DNA of 63,199 nt, filler included, from Octopus bimaculoides (Eukaryota): the NCBI RefSeq assembly GCF_001194135.2. It is 9 parts of 8 records of this genome, joined end to end, with 100 filler letters (N's around TTAATTAATTAA, not from the genome) between each part and the next. Parts side by side here need not be neighbours in the genome. Positions count along the whole stretch, not along the records: positions 46,511 to 51,985 come from NC_068987.1; positions 52,086 to 55,136 come from NC_068999.1; positions 55,237 to 59,766 come from NC_068994.1; positions 59,867 to 61,996 come from NW_026321172.1; positions 62,097 to 63,199 come from NW_026406958.1; 4 more parts are not named here. One strand, written 5' to 3'. Under the pieces are notes generated by a model that saw only the letters and a list, made by a program, of their open reading frames with translations, made no database searches and had not been told where the DNA came from. A program made the position numbers and the translations under genes. This document shows positions 50,890-62,984 of this stretch, one piece after another. Position 1 is the stretch's first letter. Each line of letters begins with the position of its first letter.

Positions 50890-51985
50890 TTAGGTAGTAT
50901 GTTACATATCCCAGGGTCCCAATAAACACAGGTATAAACCTGAAATTAACATCAGCTGGGCAGCTAATTTCCACACCTGTGCACAGTTTCTCTCATCTAC
51001 CCAAATCATTATATCAGGTATGTTGTGCTTACAATGTATTGATGTCTTCACTGGTACATTTCACCAGTATTCCTTTTCATTATGAGTGGCTATGGCTTCT
51101 ACCATACTGAAGGTTATTAAATCTTTGTCCTCGGGATTATCCTCCCGACGGATTTTATTATAGAGTGAATGTCCTAGCTATAACATCATGTCTCATCGGT
51201 TGATAATACTGCGATGTCATTCTTGGACAACTACTTATGATGTGCGTGATACATTCACTGTGATCTCCACAAAGTCTGCATCGGTTGTCACATTTTACTG
51301 GTTTTCCTGCATCTCTGTTCCTTTTGTGCACCAGGTTCATATTTCCTGTTTCTAGATTGCAAACGCATACCCTTCAAAGTGGGAGGTAGTAATCCGGATA
51401 TTAGTCCATGATAAAACTGCTTTGGTGAGCGATGTTACTATCATCACGTTGCTTTCTGCTATCATATCCATGCATAGTCTTCTGCTCATATAGGCTCATC
51501 CTGTCATCCGATGAAGCGTTGCAGTAGAGTCGTGCGACCTCCTTTGGGCATGCATTTTAGATTATCATATAAAGAGTGTTCCTCAACGAGCTGCCTTCCA
51601 AGTCCCAAGATGTTTTCAGCCTCAAGTATGGAGACTTGGTCAAGGGATGCATTTTGGCACTTGGTGGTTAAATGATGTTGATGAAGGAATATGATGCGAC
51701 GTTCAAATGCATTTTGGATCGATATTAATCTTCTGCCGCTTTGGTTTCAATTTAGGCAGAGGCGGTCTACCTAACTCTTTATGTGAAAATTATGTGTGCT
51801 TGTTAGTATTTTTCGGGTTTTCATATCAATGGCTCGGATCCAATGTTGGTATGAGTACTGGCATTGCAAACACATCGTGTGCCAATTTTATTGAATGGAG
51901 AGAGTTCTGAGTTCCAAATTTTCTTTATTCGGCTGTATTATTCTTTAGTGACACGTGTTTTGTTACATGTACCATTGTAAGATAT
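50890..51985 (-). mobile_element. R4/Dong-like non-LTR retrotransposon remnant (RT C-terminus, zinc knuckle, REL endonuclease)
   Basis: KTRVTKE*YSRIKKIWNSELS; CRLCGDHSECITHIISSCPRMTSQYYQPMRHDVIA (CX2CX8HX4C + RHD); *NVPVKT...HNIPDIMIW...VEISCPADVN (PD..(D/E) nuclease). Confidence 0.82.
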
Positions 51986-52833
51986 NNNNNNNNNNNNNNN
52001 NNNNNNNNNNNNNNNNNNNNNNNNNNNNNTTAATTAATTAANNNNNNNNNNNNNNNNNNNNNNNNNNNNNNNNNNNNNNNNNNNNATATATATATATATA
52101 TATATGTACACATATATATATATGTACACATATATATATATATATATATACATACACACAGGCACGTATATATATATAAATAATCAGAAAATAGAGAAAA
52201 CATGATTAACAAACAAACATTTTTGACCATCATCGTTTGATTACTTTTTAATACAAAACGACATAACATTTCGTACGGCCATTTCCGTTTCCAATGTTAG
52301 TCGGTTCATACGAAAAAAAATTCCGAAAATAATATTCTTTACCTTCATAGCACATTCGATCTAGTACATGGAGCTTCACCAGAGTGAGTACAAATACATA
52401 AAATAAAATGAATAAATAGAAGATGGAAGAGGAAAGAATAGGGCCTAGAGATGAGGCCAGAAAGCTCAGTATATTATCTTGCAGTATATTATCTTGCAAC
52501 CTGGAGATTGAAGTCGATAGGTAAAAGCGTGAACTAGCAGTGATTTAGGGAAATATTGATAAGCTATTTGTATATAAAGGGAAGCATGATACGTAAATAA
52601 TAGTGAAACGAAGCTAGTACTAAAATGAGACGGGATTTGACAATATGTCTAGAAAAAGAATAGTACTTCTAATTTCGTGAATAGGACTAATTAATATTTA
52701 TCCAAAAACAAAAATCCTAGAGTTCTTATATCGGTTTATTTACTGAAATATTCTAGAGATCACCACCTGTTGTCCGTAATGTGTGTATGCGTATACACAC
52801 ACACATACACACACCCAGACACACACACACACA

Positions 52834-52894
<61 letters not shown>

Positions 52895-53737
52895 GAATAT
52901 AAATGTATATACGCATACATACATACATACATACATACATACAAATATATATGTATGCATGTGTGTATATAAGCAAACTGTACGTACGCTCTTTTCTGTA
53001 ACAGTACACATTCATTAAATAATACAGGTTGTACTCCACACATGTACACACGCCTTATTTGCGATATATGATGATTGTACTGAAAACAAAATCTATTTCG
53101 AATGACACTCTTGTATGTAAAACCATTCTTGCATATATTTCAGCGCCTTTCATATTATATATTAACATCATCCTTATAGAATTATTACTACAATATATAT
53201 AAATATATATTTTACATTTCCCTTAACACGTCATCCATTTTCTATTGTTTCTCCCCCACCCCCGTTTTTCTTTCTCAATTAATAAATCTTAAACCAGAGG
53301 TCATGTGCTGTAATATATCATATTGAATTACATTGAGGTGCAATATATTGTATTATATTATGACAGAGTGAAATGAGAGATATAGAAATAACTATTATGG
53401 AATGAGTCGTGTTTGGGGACATGTCATATTGGGCTATCAATTAAATCTTGTTTACTTATAACATTGTTAGCGTTATTTTTCACTTCAATCCTAGAATACC
53501 AAATATCGGTATCGAAATAAGAGGTTATTATTCTTCAATTCTTTTATTCTTATACTGTAATATATTATTGTCTATGAGAAAATGCTGGGATGAGGCAACA
53601 AAAATATATTTGATATTAAGAAGAAGATTGCTTAAAAAGGACAATCAAATGTGAATACCTGAAGAGGGTCGGGAACTAAACGTTTAATAAGGTACATTTG
53701 GATGTAATACAAATACATGTTCCAATATGATTTTATA

Positions 53738-55021
53738 CAGGGTGCGATGGGTAAATTGCTGCCATTTTATATTTTTCTTTTAACACAAGTTTGCTTTATA
53801 TATTATCGACTACACGTTTGCTTTATATATTGTCGACTACACATTATACTAGGGTCAGTTGGGCAATGTCTATAAGAAAAACAGCAGCATGAAGCAATTC
53901 ACCCTGCTAGAAATTTGGAAGCGACGTACTGTACTGCTTGACATTCGCGCCAGTAGCTCCAATACGAACATTTCAAAATGTTTTTGTGTTATTCTGAGAA
54001 TTGTGCAGAGGATTCGAAAAGAGTTGGATTAGTCTAATGATGATTACGAAGGTACAGCAGCCCGGAAAATTCGTTCTGATCGTAGTGATAAGAAAAGATC
54101 TTCTGAATTTGTTAGTGAGATCCAGGCCATGATTGAGAACGATCCCTTCAAGTCAATCTGGTCAATAGTCAGGGACATGGGAGTTTCTGAGTTTCTTAAC
54201 AGGCAGGTAGTGCATGAAGACATTCTGTATTCCTCATACAAGATAAGAAAGAATCAATTTTAATGTCAAGTAATCAAGGACAAGTGGAAAGACCGCGCTA
54301 CGAATGTCTTGAACAAACTCAAGTATACCCTCCAACCGAACATAATTTGTTTATTCTGAGACAACAAAAATTTCTGCCAGAATCAGATGGCGAACACACA
54401 ACACAACCGTTAGCTTTCCATATCCCCTAAACATGTACCGTCAGTGAAAAAAATCAAACTAGTGATGGCGACATAATGCCTCCATTCATCTTCCCACACG
54501 GCCTGAATCTCAACACGGAGTGGTACATCATATACCTGGAGCAGATAGTGCTGCACTGAGTGAAGAGGGTGGCTGCTGGAAGGCCATATTTCTGATAACA
54601 TGACTCTGCATCATGCCGCGCAAGCAGAAGAACCAACTCATGTCTGCGAGACAATTTCTGCGACCACAGCACGCCTAACATCTGGCTACTTAATACCTAG
54701 ACTTCAACTTGACTGTTATGTGTGTGGTGCAGTTGAGCGAGAGACGAACAAAACTCCTTGTAACACCAAAGATGAACTGAAGACAAGGACTATGACATCA
54801 TTCGCCAACTTCATCAAAGGGACCGTCCAGAAGAAAAGAAGGAAATTACGAAGTCATCTGGAGGCCCTGGTTGAAGCCGATTTCCATTCTATTGATTAAA
54901 TGTTCTCTGTATCATTTCAAGATATTGTTATTTAAATTTGGTAAATATATTGTTTTAATAAAATGCCAGTTTTATTTTCATTTTTGCGCAATTTAGACAA
55001 CGATTTACTCACCGCAACTTA
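53738..55021 (+). mobile_element. Near-full-length degenerate maT-type (DD37D) transposon
   Basis: TA+CAGGGTGCGATGGGTAAATTG left TIR and ACAACGATTTACTCACCGCAAC right TIR. Decayed transposase with FIFPHGLNLNTE..Y, DSASC and LD.YV.GAVE.ETNKTP. The QDSAP-to-PLDY spacing reconstructed from both copies is 37 residues. Confidence 0.82.
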
Positions 55022-55103
55022 TATATCCATATTAGTGCAACTTATATATATATCCATATTAGTGCAACTTATATATCCATATTAGTGCATATATATACGT
55101 ACA

Positions 55104-55136
<33 letters not shown>

Positions 55137-55240
55137 NNNNNNNNNNNNNNNNNNNNNNNNNNNNNNNNNNNNNNNNNNNNTTAATTAATTAANNNNNNNN
55201 NNNNNNNNNNNNNNNNNNNNNNNNNNNNNNNNNNNNACAA

Positions 55241-55321
<81 letters not shown>

Positions 55322-55385
55322 CGAAAATGCAAAATTTACCACTCTTATGAAAGGAGATAAATTCTACCACATATGTTGAAGGGAA

Positions 55386-56555
55386 TTATATAAGAGCTTC
55401 TGGGTAAAGAACATTCTTTGTTTTCTGGTTTGGAGCACAGACAAATAAGTGTTGCAAACTACCTACCCTGGAGCAACCAACATAAAGTTGACCATGAGAA
55501 AAGCAAGGCTCAATTAAGTGCAAGCTTGTAGATTTCAAAGTCTGATCTTGAGCTTTATTAATAGACATTGCAAAGTAAAGTCGCACTGGGAATTGTGTTC
55601 GTTTGAACTGAAAGGGCATGTCTGTTGGTTTGATTGGAATTCTTGGAACGAAAACCTCTTCCCCAGAGGCACATCCAATGATGATGGTAGCTTCTGTCAC
55701 ATGAGGTGATAATGTCTTCACAATCAACCTTGAAGCATTATTGGGACTTAGAAGCATTATTGGGACTTCTACCTTCAGAAAAAGTTTATGTGGGGGAATT
55801 CCAGGTGGCTCAAGAGAATTAAGGAACTCTGTTGGATAACTTGATTTTCATCATGGGCTGAATCAACTAATTTGTACTTCTTAATTACTGTCTCATTTTT
55901 TAAAGTAAGAAATGCCCTTTCATACAACCATTTATGTGAATTATAATTATTACTTAAGTCTGGCAATAACCTGTTCTTCAATCCAACTGGGAATTCACCA
56001 TGATAGCAATATGAGCCAAACTGACATCACCATTCCCATCAAATGGTACTTTCCCATTTCCTAATTGGAGGAGCCAGGTTAAAAACTGCTTTGCACATTG
56101 GTCCCCATGTAATGAAGCTCGCACGTCAGTATTGAAGGAGAATTTCAGTACTTTGTTTCTTAGGTGTGAAGACTTAATGCATGTTTTTATTTCCTCCGAT
56201 CTTGTTCGTCTCAGAATGACTGGTAATGTCTGTCTGAAATCTTCTGATAAAACTAATGTAATTCCTCCCATAATTCCTCTGATGTCCTGTAAGGTGTTAC
56301 CAAGAGCTTACATTGCACCCCTATGTGACATGGTGCATTCATCCCAAATGATAAGGTGGTACTGGCACAACACCTCTGCTGAACCTGAATCTTTGCTTAT
56401 GTTATTAATTGGACTGCCACTGGTGACCAAGTTTAGAGGTAATTTAAAAGCAGAATGAGCTGTTCGTCTTCCTGGGATGGTGGCAGCAAAGCCAGACAAT
56501 GGTACAGCAACTGCAATTCTTTTTTGTTGCCTTACTTTGGAGAGAAGCAATGTTA
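55386..56555 (-). mobile_element. Helitron Rep/Hel PIF1-helicase fragment (pseudogenised)
   Basis: GRRTAHSAFKLPL, LIIWDECTMSH, LSEDFRQTLPV, QFLTWLLQLGNG, VFVPRIP..FQFKRTQFPVRLYFAMSINKAQ.QTL, FSHGQLYVGCSRV: PIF1 motifs as found in Helitrons. Confidence 0.92.
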
Positions 56556-56565
56556 NNNNNNNNNN

Positions 56566-57490
56566 TACAGTATCGAACATCAAATATGGCACCTTAATTC
56601 ATTGCTGTTTAAAGAACTGGAAGAGGTATTTAGACGATTGCTTTATACTTTAGAAAGATAGCATGGAAAAACTCCTCGATTTCAAAATAATGCTCAACAA
56701 TATCAATAGCAACATACAATTCACCATGGAACACAGCAACAAACAACTCCCTTTTCTTGACATCCTAATTAAAATAGTCAATAACCACATCGAAACAGAT
56801 ATCTTCTATAAGCCCACAGATTCAAAACACCTATTATTCAAACCATGCCACCCCAAACACATAAAAATTAATATACCTTTTAATCTAGCGAAAAGAATCC
56901 GTACCAGAGTTTCAGACACCAATACTCATGAACGAAGACTCCTTGAACTCAGATCAATATTAATCAAGAGACACTACCCAAAATCATTAATAAATGATGG
57001 GATTAGATGAGCAAAGGAAATAGACATACGAACGTTAAGGGAAGTTAACCGAAATACTACACCAGACTTCCCATACATCTCCACACATAACCCTAGAAAC
57101 AATGAAGCCTTCAACATTATCATCCCAAATCTACCCATTCTCACAGAAGATAAAACAAGGAACAAAATCTTAGGCTCGGCACAAAATTATCAAAAGCAAA
57201 ATGCAACCGAAATCATTGAAAAAAATATTAACCAACACAAGACTATCCATTAACAACGGAACCAAAAGTGAATAAATGCGGTAGACTTAACTGTGGCACA
57301 TGCCCTCACCTTTTGGAGGTTACGGAGTTCCAATTTAAACAACGTGAAATATTTAAGATTAAATCAAATTTCACCTGTGCCTCGGAAAACCTAATCTATG
57401 CCATTACCTGCCTCGGGTGTGGTAATCAATATATTGGCCAAACAGGAATATCACTCCGTCACAGAACACCTCAGTACAGCAAAGAATGAA
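56566..57490 (+). mobile_element. Penelope-like element (Neptune-type), RT core to GIY-YIG endonuclease, degenerate
   Basis: WKRYLDDCFIL*, NIQFTME..LPFLD..TDIFYKPT..HP, Cys linker CGRLNCGTC, then NFTCASENLIYAITCLGCGNQYIGQTG..LRHR (GIY-YIG). Confidence 0.92.
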
Positions 57491-57858
57491 CAAAGAGGCA
57501 GCTTACATCAATAAATATTTCGTAAAAGACCCGTTCGTAATCTATGTGTGAAATAGCTTTTTTCCATAGGTCTCTTTTGATTGCATTCAACCTATCTCAC
57601 CTCCAAAGATTTGGTTGCTATTTCTAGCACACCCTGCTAGCACGTAACGGCTATTTGCAATAAAGGACCCGAAATACCTGTTACGTGGTAGCAGCGCGTG
57701 CAAGAAATAACAACCAAATATTTCCTTTTCTGAGGAAACGAGTCGTTTGCGCGTAATTTCTATGTCACATTCTTTGAAAGCATGCGAAATAACATGGAAA
57801 AGAAAGAAAAAAACCTACGAAACAAAACTCCGTTGCTGGGAAACTCAGACTCTCCCGG

Positions 57859-57886
57859 TGACCCAACGGGTCATGGGTAGTCTAGT
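57859..57886 (+). mobile_element. Helitron-like 3' terminus (hairpin + CTAG/T)
   Basis: TGACCC-AAC-GGGTCA hairpin, 8-nt spacer, CTAG followed by T. Confidence 0.5.
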
Positions 57887-58296
57887 CGTGTTTATCCGTA
57901 AGTGTACATATGACAAGCATGTGGAAAGAATGCTGGCAAGACATGCAACATGAATATAGTTCAAACATCAATAATGGAAAACGTAGGGCTGTAAGATGAA
58001 ATGCAATCATGTTAAAAGAATGTACGTTTATAAAGCAATGAAAAATTACTACCTTATTCGTGCCAGTAAATTTTATTACACGCACACTACGATGCATTTT
58101 TAATACAGTTAGTGTCGGTTACTAAACACAATACTATAAATACTTTTGTCCTATTTATGTTTATGTGTCGTCAACAATTAAGTCCGTCTCATTCACAATA
58201 TTTCTACCCTGAAAAAAAGAGGTATATTCTTGACTCTATAATCAGTTATCTAATTAAATATTGCGACATACAGAATGCAAGTGAATCGAAGCAAGC

Positions 58297-58334
<38 letters not shown>

Positions 58335-58364
58335 GTATGTATGTACGTATGTATGCGTATAGAG

Positions 58365-58688
58365 ACCCCGTTCGTTTGGTCATGAATGACCATAAAATTG
58401 CACCTAGAAAGTTCCCCCCGAGGCACAAGTCTGAGCAAGGTTGCTTATGGAAGACCAGCAATCGCCCATGCACACCAGCCTCCCCTCTTCATGCCACCGA
58501 TATCATCCAAGGGAAAGAAAAAGGCCGATACAGCTTGGCACCAGTGACGTCACCACTCCTTTCTACAGCTGAGTGAACTAGAACAACAAAGTGTTTTGCT
58601 CAAGAGCACAACACACAACCCGATCCAGGAATCGAACTCATTACCTCATGATTGTAAGCCCAACGCTCTAATCTCTGAGCCATGCACC
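58365..58688 (-). mobile_element. Full-length tRNA-derived SINE, family C
   Basis: GGGTGCATGGCTCAGAGATTAGAGCG..GAGTTCGATTCC head; the central domain is shared with the 27383 copy; the distinct tail ends next to a (TA)/(TATG) tract. Confidence 0.8.
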
Positions 58689-59023
58689 CAACAGAAATGT
58701 AATCTTAGTAATAAAGCTATGTTAAAGCAACGGGCATATATACACATATGTGCCCCGCTGACTTTGTTTCTCACATAGAGTTGAAACGCTGTTTGATTTT
58801 TTCCACTGTAGAATTTCTATCCTCCCACTAACAAGTTTGCCATCACCCATTCCTTCCTTATTCATCTATCACCCCTTCCTTTCTCATTCATATGTTGTGA
58901 CATAGAAAAACACAAGAGTATTATTAAAGTAGAAGATATATGCTATAGATACATCTTGATTTGTATCAACTCATTTCTCTCTCTCTTTCCTCTCTCTCTC
59001 TCCCTCCCTGTTGTCTTTTGTAT

Positions 59024-59055
<32 letters not shown>

Positions 59056-59117
59056 CTCTCTCTTCTAATTTATATCTCCACCGCTTCTTTCTCCGCAATG
59101 TCACTTCTTTCCTCTTA

Positions 59118-59616
59118 CAGGGGATGCATACACAGCTGTGCCCCACTATGTTTCTTTCTTCATAACTTCCTGAAGAATGGCTATTTTTTTGATGAAATTT
59201 TCTACAAATGTGCTTCCAATGGCTTAGGTCCCGATTATATCTAAATTTTTTGTAAAGACAAACAAAGCAATTTTCGGGGAAGATGGAAGAGGAGTTTTAG
59301 AAAATTCAAGCTATTTTATTCTTCATAACTCTCTGAAAAACAGGTATTTCTACATGAAAATTTCAACAAATACCTTTTAGAGGGTGTAGATTACAATTAT
59401 ATCGGAATTCAATATGAAAATAAAAATTTGTAGAATAGCACACATACATAGTGACACACTTTACATTGTTTTCGAAAAACTTATTTCAAAACAAATTCTG
59501 ATATAATCGGAATCAACACCATCTGAAGCATATCTGTAGAAAATTTCATTAAAAAATTATCTATCTTTCTGAAAATTATGAGGAAACAGTCAGTGGGGCA
59601 CTCCAGTTGCTCACTG
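59118..59616. mobile_element. Tc1/mariner-type MITE (about 500 bp) with long imperfect inverted termini
   Basis: TA at 59116-59117 and 59617-59618. Ends CAG.G..GTGCCCCACT / AGTGGGGCAC..CACTG; sub-terminal ATGAAATTTTCTACA / TGTAGAAAATTTCAT; no ORF. Confidence 0.75.
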
Positions 59617-59719
59617 TACACCATTGCGCGAGTGTTAAAGGAAGTCCATAGTAAACAAGTTTCTTTCTAAGCACATACACACACACAGACAGGCAGACAG
59701 ACAGACAGACAGACAGACA

Positions 59720-59766
<47 letters not shown>

Positions 59767-61797
59767 NNNNNNNNNNNNNNNNNNNNNNNNNNNNNNNNNN
59801 NNNNNNNNNNTTAATTAATTAANNNNNNNNNNNNNNNNNNNNNNNNNNNNNNNNNNNNNNNNNNNNTTAAATTCTCAATCGCAGAATAATGCTAATAATA
59901 TAGCTTGAACAGGATACACTACCCCTATTTTGAAGAAAAAAGTGTAGGTGGTTAGTTGTGGACTCGAACTCACATCCCCGTGATATATTTATATATATAT
60001 CTGTAATTATGTACTAATTTTGGTGTATTTCCACTGATGAAGGCAGTGTATTTTATTACCAATTCTACAGTCATCGATATGGAGTTAACCATTCAGTTCT
60101 TACCTATTTCTTTTTTCATTTGTCTTATCACCTCTACTTTATGACTGCATGATGTAGTTCTATAGTCAGTTTTGACTACTATTTCTGGCATGATGGTGCC
60201 TCTTTGATACCTTTAATTATAATCATATATATATATATGTGTATATATATCGTTTGTTTTCCTGTCTCGTTTTCTGTCCGCCGCTACATTCCTCCATGGT
60301 ACAAGTTTAATTTGTGTATACAAATTTAATTTGTGGTCCGTGGAAAGAGCCATTTTAACAATGCGTCCTGCCCAACTCTTGGAAACGCCTGTGTTAGAAT
60401 GGGGGCAGATGATGAAGGAAAATGTTCTCTATGTGGCCTGTGTGTTTTCTGTACTTTGGTTATTATTATTTTTTGTCTACGTTTTGTTTGCAATGTCCTG
60501 TACCCAGATACGTACCTATATATACAGTTCGATGTAGGTATGCACATACTTGTACGTATATATGCATATACTCATTTATTATTTGTTTTATATATATATA
60601 TATNNNNNNNNNNNNNNNNNNNNNNNNNNNNNNNNNNNNNNNNNNNNNNNNNNNNNNNNNNNNNNNNNNNNNNNNNNNNNNNNNNNNNNNNNNNNNNNNN
60701 NNNNNNNNNNNNNNNNNNNNNNNNNNNNNNNNNNNNNNNNNNNNNNNNNNNNNNNNNNNNNNNNNNNNNNNNNNNNNNNNNNNNNNNNNNNNNNNNNNNN
60801 NNNNNNNNNNNNNNNNNNNNNNNNNNNNNNNNNNNNNNNNNNNNNNNNNNNNNNNNNNNNNNNNNNNNNNNNNNNNNNNNNNNNNNNNNNNNNNNNNNNN
60901 NNNNNNNNNNNNNNNNNNNNNNNNNNNNNNNNNNNNNNNNNNNNNNNNNNNNNNNNNNNNNNNNNNNNNNNNNNNNNNNNNNNNNNNNNNNNNNNNNNNN
61001 NNNNNNNNNNNNNNNNNNNNNNNNNNNNNNNNNNNNNNNNNNNNNNNNNNNNNNNNNNNNNNNNNNNNNNNNNNNNNNNNNNNNNNNNNNNNNNNNNNNN
61101 NNNNNNNNNNNNNNNNNNNNNNNNNNNNNNNNNNNNNNNNNNNNNNNNNNNNNNNNNNNNNNNNNNNNNNNNNNNNNNNNNNNNNNNNNNNNNNNNNNNN
61201 NNNNNNNNNNNNNNNNNNNNNNNNNNNNNNNNNNNNNNNNNNNNNNNNNNNNNNNNNNNNNNNNNNNNNNNNNNNNNNNNNNNNNNNNNNNNNNNNNNNN
61301 NNNNNNNNNNNNNNNNNNNNNNNNNNNNNNNNNNNNNNNNNNNNNNNNNNNNNNNNNNNNNNNNNNNNNNNNNNNNNNNNNNNNNNNNNNNNNNNNNNNN
61401 NNNNNNNNNNNNNNNNNNNNTATATATATATCGTCGTGGCACACCGTCGGTTACATCGACTAGGGTGAGCCTTTATACGTGGTTGCTCTAATTACTAGAA
61501 ATAGCAGCCAAATTTCCACACATGTTTTAATGTTGGAACGTCTATGATCAGAAATCAAGTGAATTAAGGATAATTGATTGGTGTACAATAAATACAAAGA
61601 TTACTTCGATAATTGCTACTCACATTAACACACATACACACGCACACACGCACATCCACACACAAACATACGCACACACAAAACATCACTTACCGTTGCC
61701 CCACACGACTTTCGATTTTGTATCAGAATAACGAATTGAAGGGTGTTGATCCATGATATCATAATGACAATAAATAGGACCTTGATTGATACTCAAC

Positions 61798-61996
61798 CAG
61801 CCAATCTCTGTGAAACACAGCCAATCTCTGTGAAACACAGCCAGTCTCTGTGAAACACAGCCAATCTCTGTGAAACACAGCCAGTCTCTGTTAAACACAG
61901 CCAATCTCTGTTAAACACAGCCAATCTCTGTGAAACACAGCCAATCTCTGTTAAGCACAGCCAATCTCTGTGAAACACAGCCAATCTCTGTGAAAC
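61798..61996. repeat. 20-bp minisatellite (CCAATCTCTGTGAAACACAG)n, 10 units, runs into a gap
   Basis: Units are in exact 20-nt register from 61801 and differ only by A/G (ccaat/ccagt), G/T (tgaaa/ttaaa) and one aaa/aag change. Confidence 0.95.
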
Positions 61997-62574
61997 NNNN
62001 NNNNNNNNNNNNNNNNNNNNNNNNNNNNNNNNNNNNNNNNTTAATTAATTAANNNNNNNNNNNNNNNNNNNNNNNNNNNNNNNNNNNNNNNNNNNNATTG
62101 TGCGAGTGTGAGTTAGACTGAGGGAAAGAAAATCTGTGGGGTGGAGAGCCTTTCTTTTTAACCCTCAGATCGCAATTATATTACTTTCTCCAGTCTCCTC
62201 CAATTATGCTTTGCTTAGCAATCTCTCTACTGATTTAATTCCGTAATTTAATGAACTACCTACGTTTCTGTATCTCCACCACCCAAAATATTCTTTTAGT
62301 AAGCGTTTTTAACAAATTGTAAGGTCCTCATAGACATACCATTCCGTTCACGAAACATTTCTCTTTCTCTAAAGTATTAAATAGGTAAAGGTACCGGCAT
62401 AAATGATCTAGCTCGGTGTCAAAGACTGAAGAACGTGTCAAACTGTATTTCAGGATATGTGTGTGTGTGTGTGTTTGCGTGTGCGTGTGAGTATATTTGC
62501 ATACATATATAGAAATCTTCACATATATGTGGACGTGATGTACGCATATACATACGTACACTCAGACGTATATA

Positions 62575-62607
<33 letters not shown>

Positions 62608-62984
62608 GGGTGAGAAAGTTGGTATGTGAAAGCACGTGGTTGGATGTATAAAAGATAATAAGAGTGAGAAAACTACAGAAGGCTTGTGTTACATGGTTAA
62701 AGTATATATTTAAATTATGTCAGAAAAAGTTAGAAAAATGTTAGAAAAATGTTATAAAATCTTATTGGTATATAAACATCGTATTTTGAGAAATAACCAG
62801 TTTCGTGTTGTCTTTTCAAATTTCTCTATAGGTACAGCTTAATCCGTAGGCAGGAGAGGTGCAGCCGGAGAGTGCAAACTTCAGAATAAAAAAGTCCAGA
62901 ATAAATAGTCCAGAATGAAAAGAAGTTAGAGTTCAGAAGTTAGTGTGTGATGAGTAGAAACAGGATTAGCTGGTGCGACCACGC

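Noticed and set aside
61798-61996. CRISPR-like interpretation of the palindromic 20-bp array
   Set aside because: There are no unique spacers or cas genes, and the context is eukaryotic.
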